From: a virus
Taxonomy: Duplodnaviria > Caudoviricetes
DNA length: 64,000 nt
IMG/VR virus record: IMGVR_UViG_2912838376_000002
Span: 128,001-192,000 of that record
Reading direction: 5' to 3' (one strand)
Shown here: positions 62,793 through 64,000 of the stretch, piece after piece
Layout: each line of letters opens with the position of its first letter
Numbering within the stretch: the stretch's first letter is position 1
Position numbers and translations under genes: made by a program
The notes under the pieces: model-generated
What the model saw: only the letters and a program-made list of their open reading frames with translations
What the model was told of the DNA's origin: nothing
Databases searched by the model: none

Positions 62793-63377
62793 GTGGTATC
62801 TATGACTGCTAAAGAGCATGTAATTGACACTTTTGCTACCTCTAAGTTTCTACAAAAGAATAGGTCAAAGATTGCAATGGGTGCTGTTGGTTTTGGAATA
62901 GCTAAATCTATTGTCGATGGAGAAGAAGATGATTTGCTTACTTCTGCAGGTAAAGGAATCAAGACAGGGGCTGTAGTTGGTGGTCTAGCTTATGGTGCAG
63001 AACACTTAATGAAAACTCAAACTGTACAAGACCTAGTAAAAGGTGAGATTTCTGATGTAGGAAAAGAAGCTATTAAGAAAGTGAGCAAGGGAAGTAAGAT
63101 GCTTTTTTCAGGTAATAAGCTTGGTACTGCTATGAAAATGGGTATGTACGCTGTTGGTGCTGCTACTGTTTTAGATGCAGGACAACGCATGGGTGAAAAC
63201 CGTGAAGCAGAAAAGATTAAGAAAGAGCAAGAATATCGTCTTAAACAAAAAATGAAGAAACAGAAGGATAAGAATAAGAAGTATTCATATGGAAACATAA
63301 ATCAAGGAGAAGTCGTATTTGACCTATTTGAAGCAAGAACAGGTCATCACAAAATGGGCAACGCTAAATTCAATTAA
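62793..63377 (+). CDS. hypothetical protein with Gly/Ala-rich hydrophobic segments
   Basis: 194 aa, glycine-zipper-like stretches. Confidence 0.6.
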   Translation: MVSMTAKEHVIDTFATSKFLQKNRSKIAMGAVGFGIAKSIVDGEEDDLLTSAGKGIKTGAVVGGLAYGAEHLMKTQTVQDLVKGEISDVGKEAIKKVSKGSKMLFSGNKLGTAMKMGMYAVGAATVLDAGQRMGENREAEKIKKEQEYRLKQKMKKQKDKNKKYSYGNINQGEVVFDLFEARTGHHKMGNAKFN

Positions 63378-63390
63378 GGCGGTGTAGTTT

Positions 63391-64000
63391 ATGGCAAGAT
63401 GGCATAAAAGCGCAGAAAGAGTAATGAATGCAGTTAGTAGGAAGATTAATAATAGTCCTGAACTGCTAGAGCGTATGACATCACCAGTTAAAGGTGTTAC
63501 TAGAACAATAGAAGGTCCTATTGCGCGAACTCCTAATTTTGTTCCTTCTAGCTCAACAAACTTGATGGACAACATGATCTCTAAGGCTACTGCGCCTAGA
63601 GATAAGATTCGTGCAACAAGGGCACAAGCAAGAGCAGGACAAGGTTCTAAAAATAAAGGAAGTCTTAGAGATGCAAGCCCAGAACAAATTAGAACTAGGA
63701 AAGAAGCAGCAAGAAGAAGTAAGTCAGCAAGAGAGACAAGAAAAAGAGTAGCAGGTTCACAAGAAGCTCTAAATGGTGCTACTCCAAATGATAAATTTCT
63801 TGGCCGTATAGGTGCTACTGCAAAAACCTTATTCGGTTCAGGTATGGAGAATCTCAGAGCAGAAGGTAATTTAAGAAAAGCAGGTATAGGTGCTTTCCAA
63901 TCATCAGTTGCTTCAGCAGCTGTAAGTGGTGGTATTGGTTATTTACAAGGAGATGATCCTTGGGAAGCAGCTAAAACTGGTGCAATACGAGGTGCTTTTG
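63391..64000 (+). CDS. 5' part of a basic Gly/Ala-rich protein, runs off the window
   Basis: Manual translation MARWHKSAERVMNAVSRK... is open to the end of the window. Confidence 0.65.
   Translation, partial: MARWHKSAERVMNAVSRKINNSPELLERMTSPVKGVTRTIEGPIARTPNFVPSSSTNLMDNMISKATAPRDKIRATRAQARAGQGSKNKGSLRDASPEQIRTRKEAARRSKSARETRKRVAGSQEALNGATPNDKFLGRIGATAKTLFGSGMENLRAEGNLRKAGIGAFQSSVASAAVSGGIGYLQGDDPWEAAKTGAIRGAF

Overview
Low-GC Bacillus cereus-group-like sequence that reads as part of a large phage-plasmid (plasmidial jumbo prophage; the pBtic235-like assignment is my inference). It has a plasmid module (RepA_N initiator with internal iterons, ParM/ParR-like partition pair) and phage replication/transcription genes (DnaE, NAD ligase, RNase H, Dda/RecD-like helicase, a YonO/QDE-1-like two-barrel RNA polymerase). 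It also has RNA/tRNA repair and anti-defence genes (RtcB, Thg1, CCA enzyme, NADAR, SLOG-macrodomain, Tad2-like, Gp49-family). Main findings: (1) a PRTRC-type E1/E2/JAB operon headed by a four-copy polyubiquitin-like precursor, each unit ending AKAGTKG; (2) a retron-like locus (structured ncRNA with 11-bp a1/a2 arms plus RT) whose RT gene is split by (3) a 6.4-kb transposase-less Tn7-like element (TGT...ACA ends, 5-bp CTAAT duplication, TnsB-like sites) carrying metal-homeostasis cargo; (4) an Spx homologue lacking CxxC; (5) several candidate structured RNAs and dispersed DNA/RNA motifs. Family calls come from motif recognition by eye; no database searches were run.
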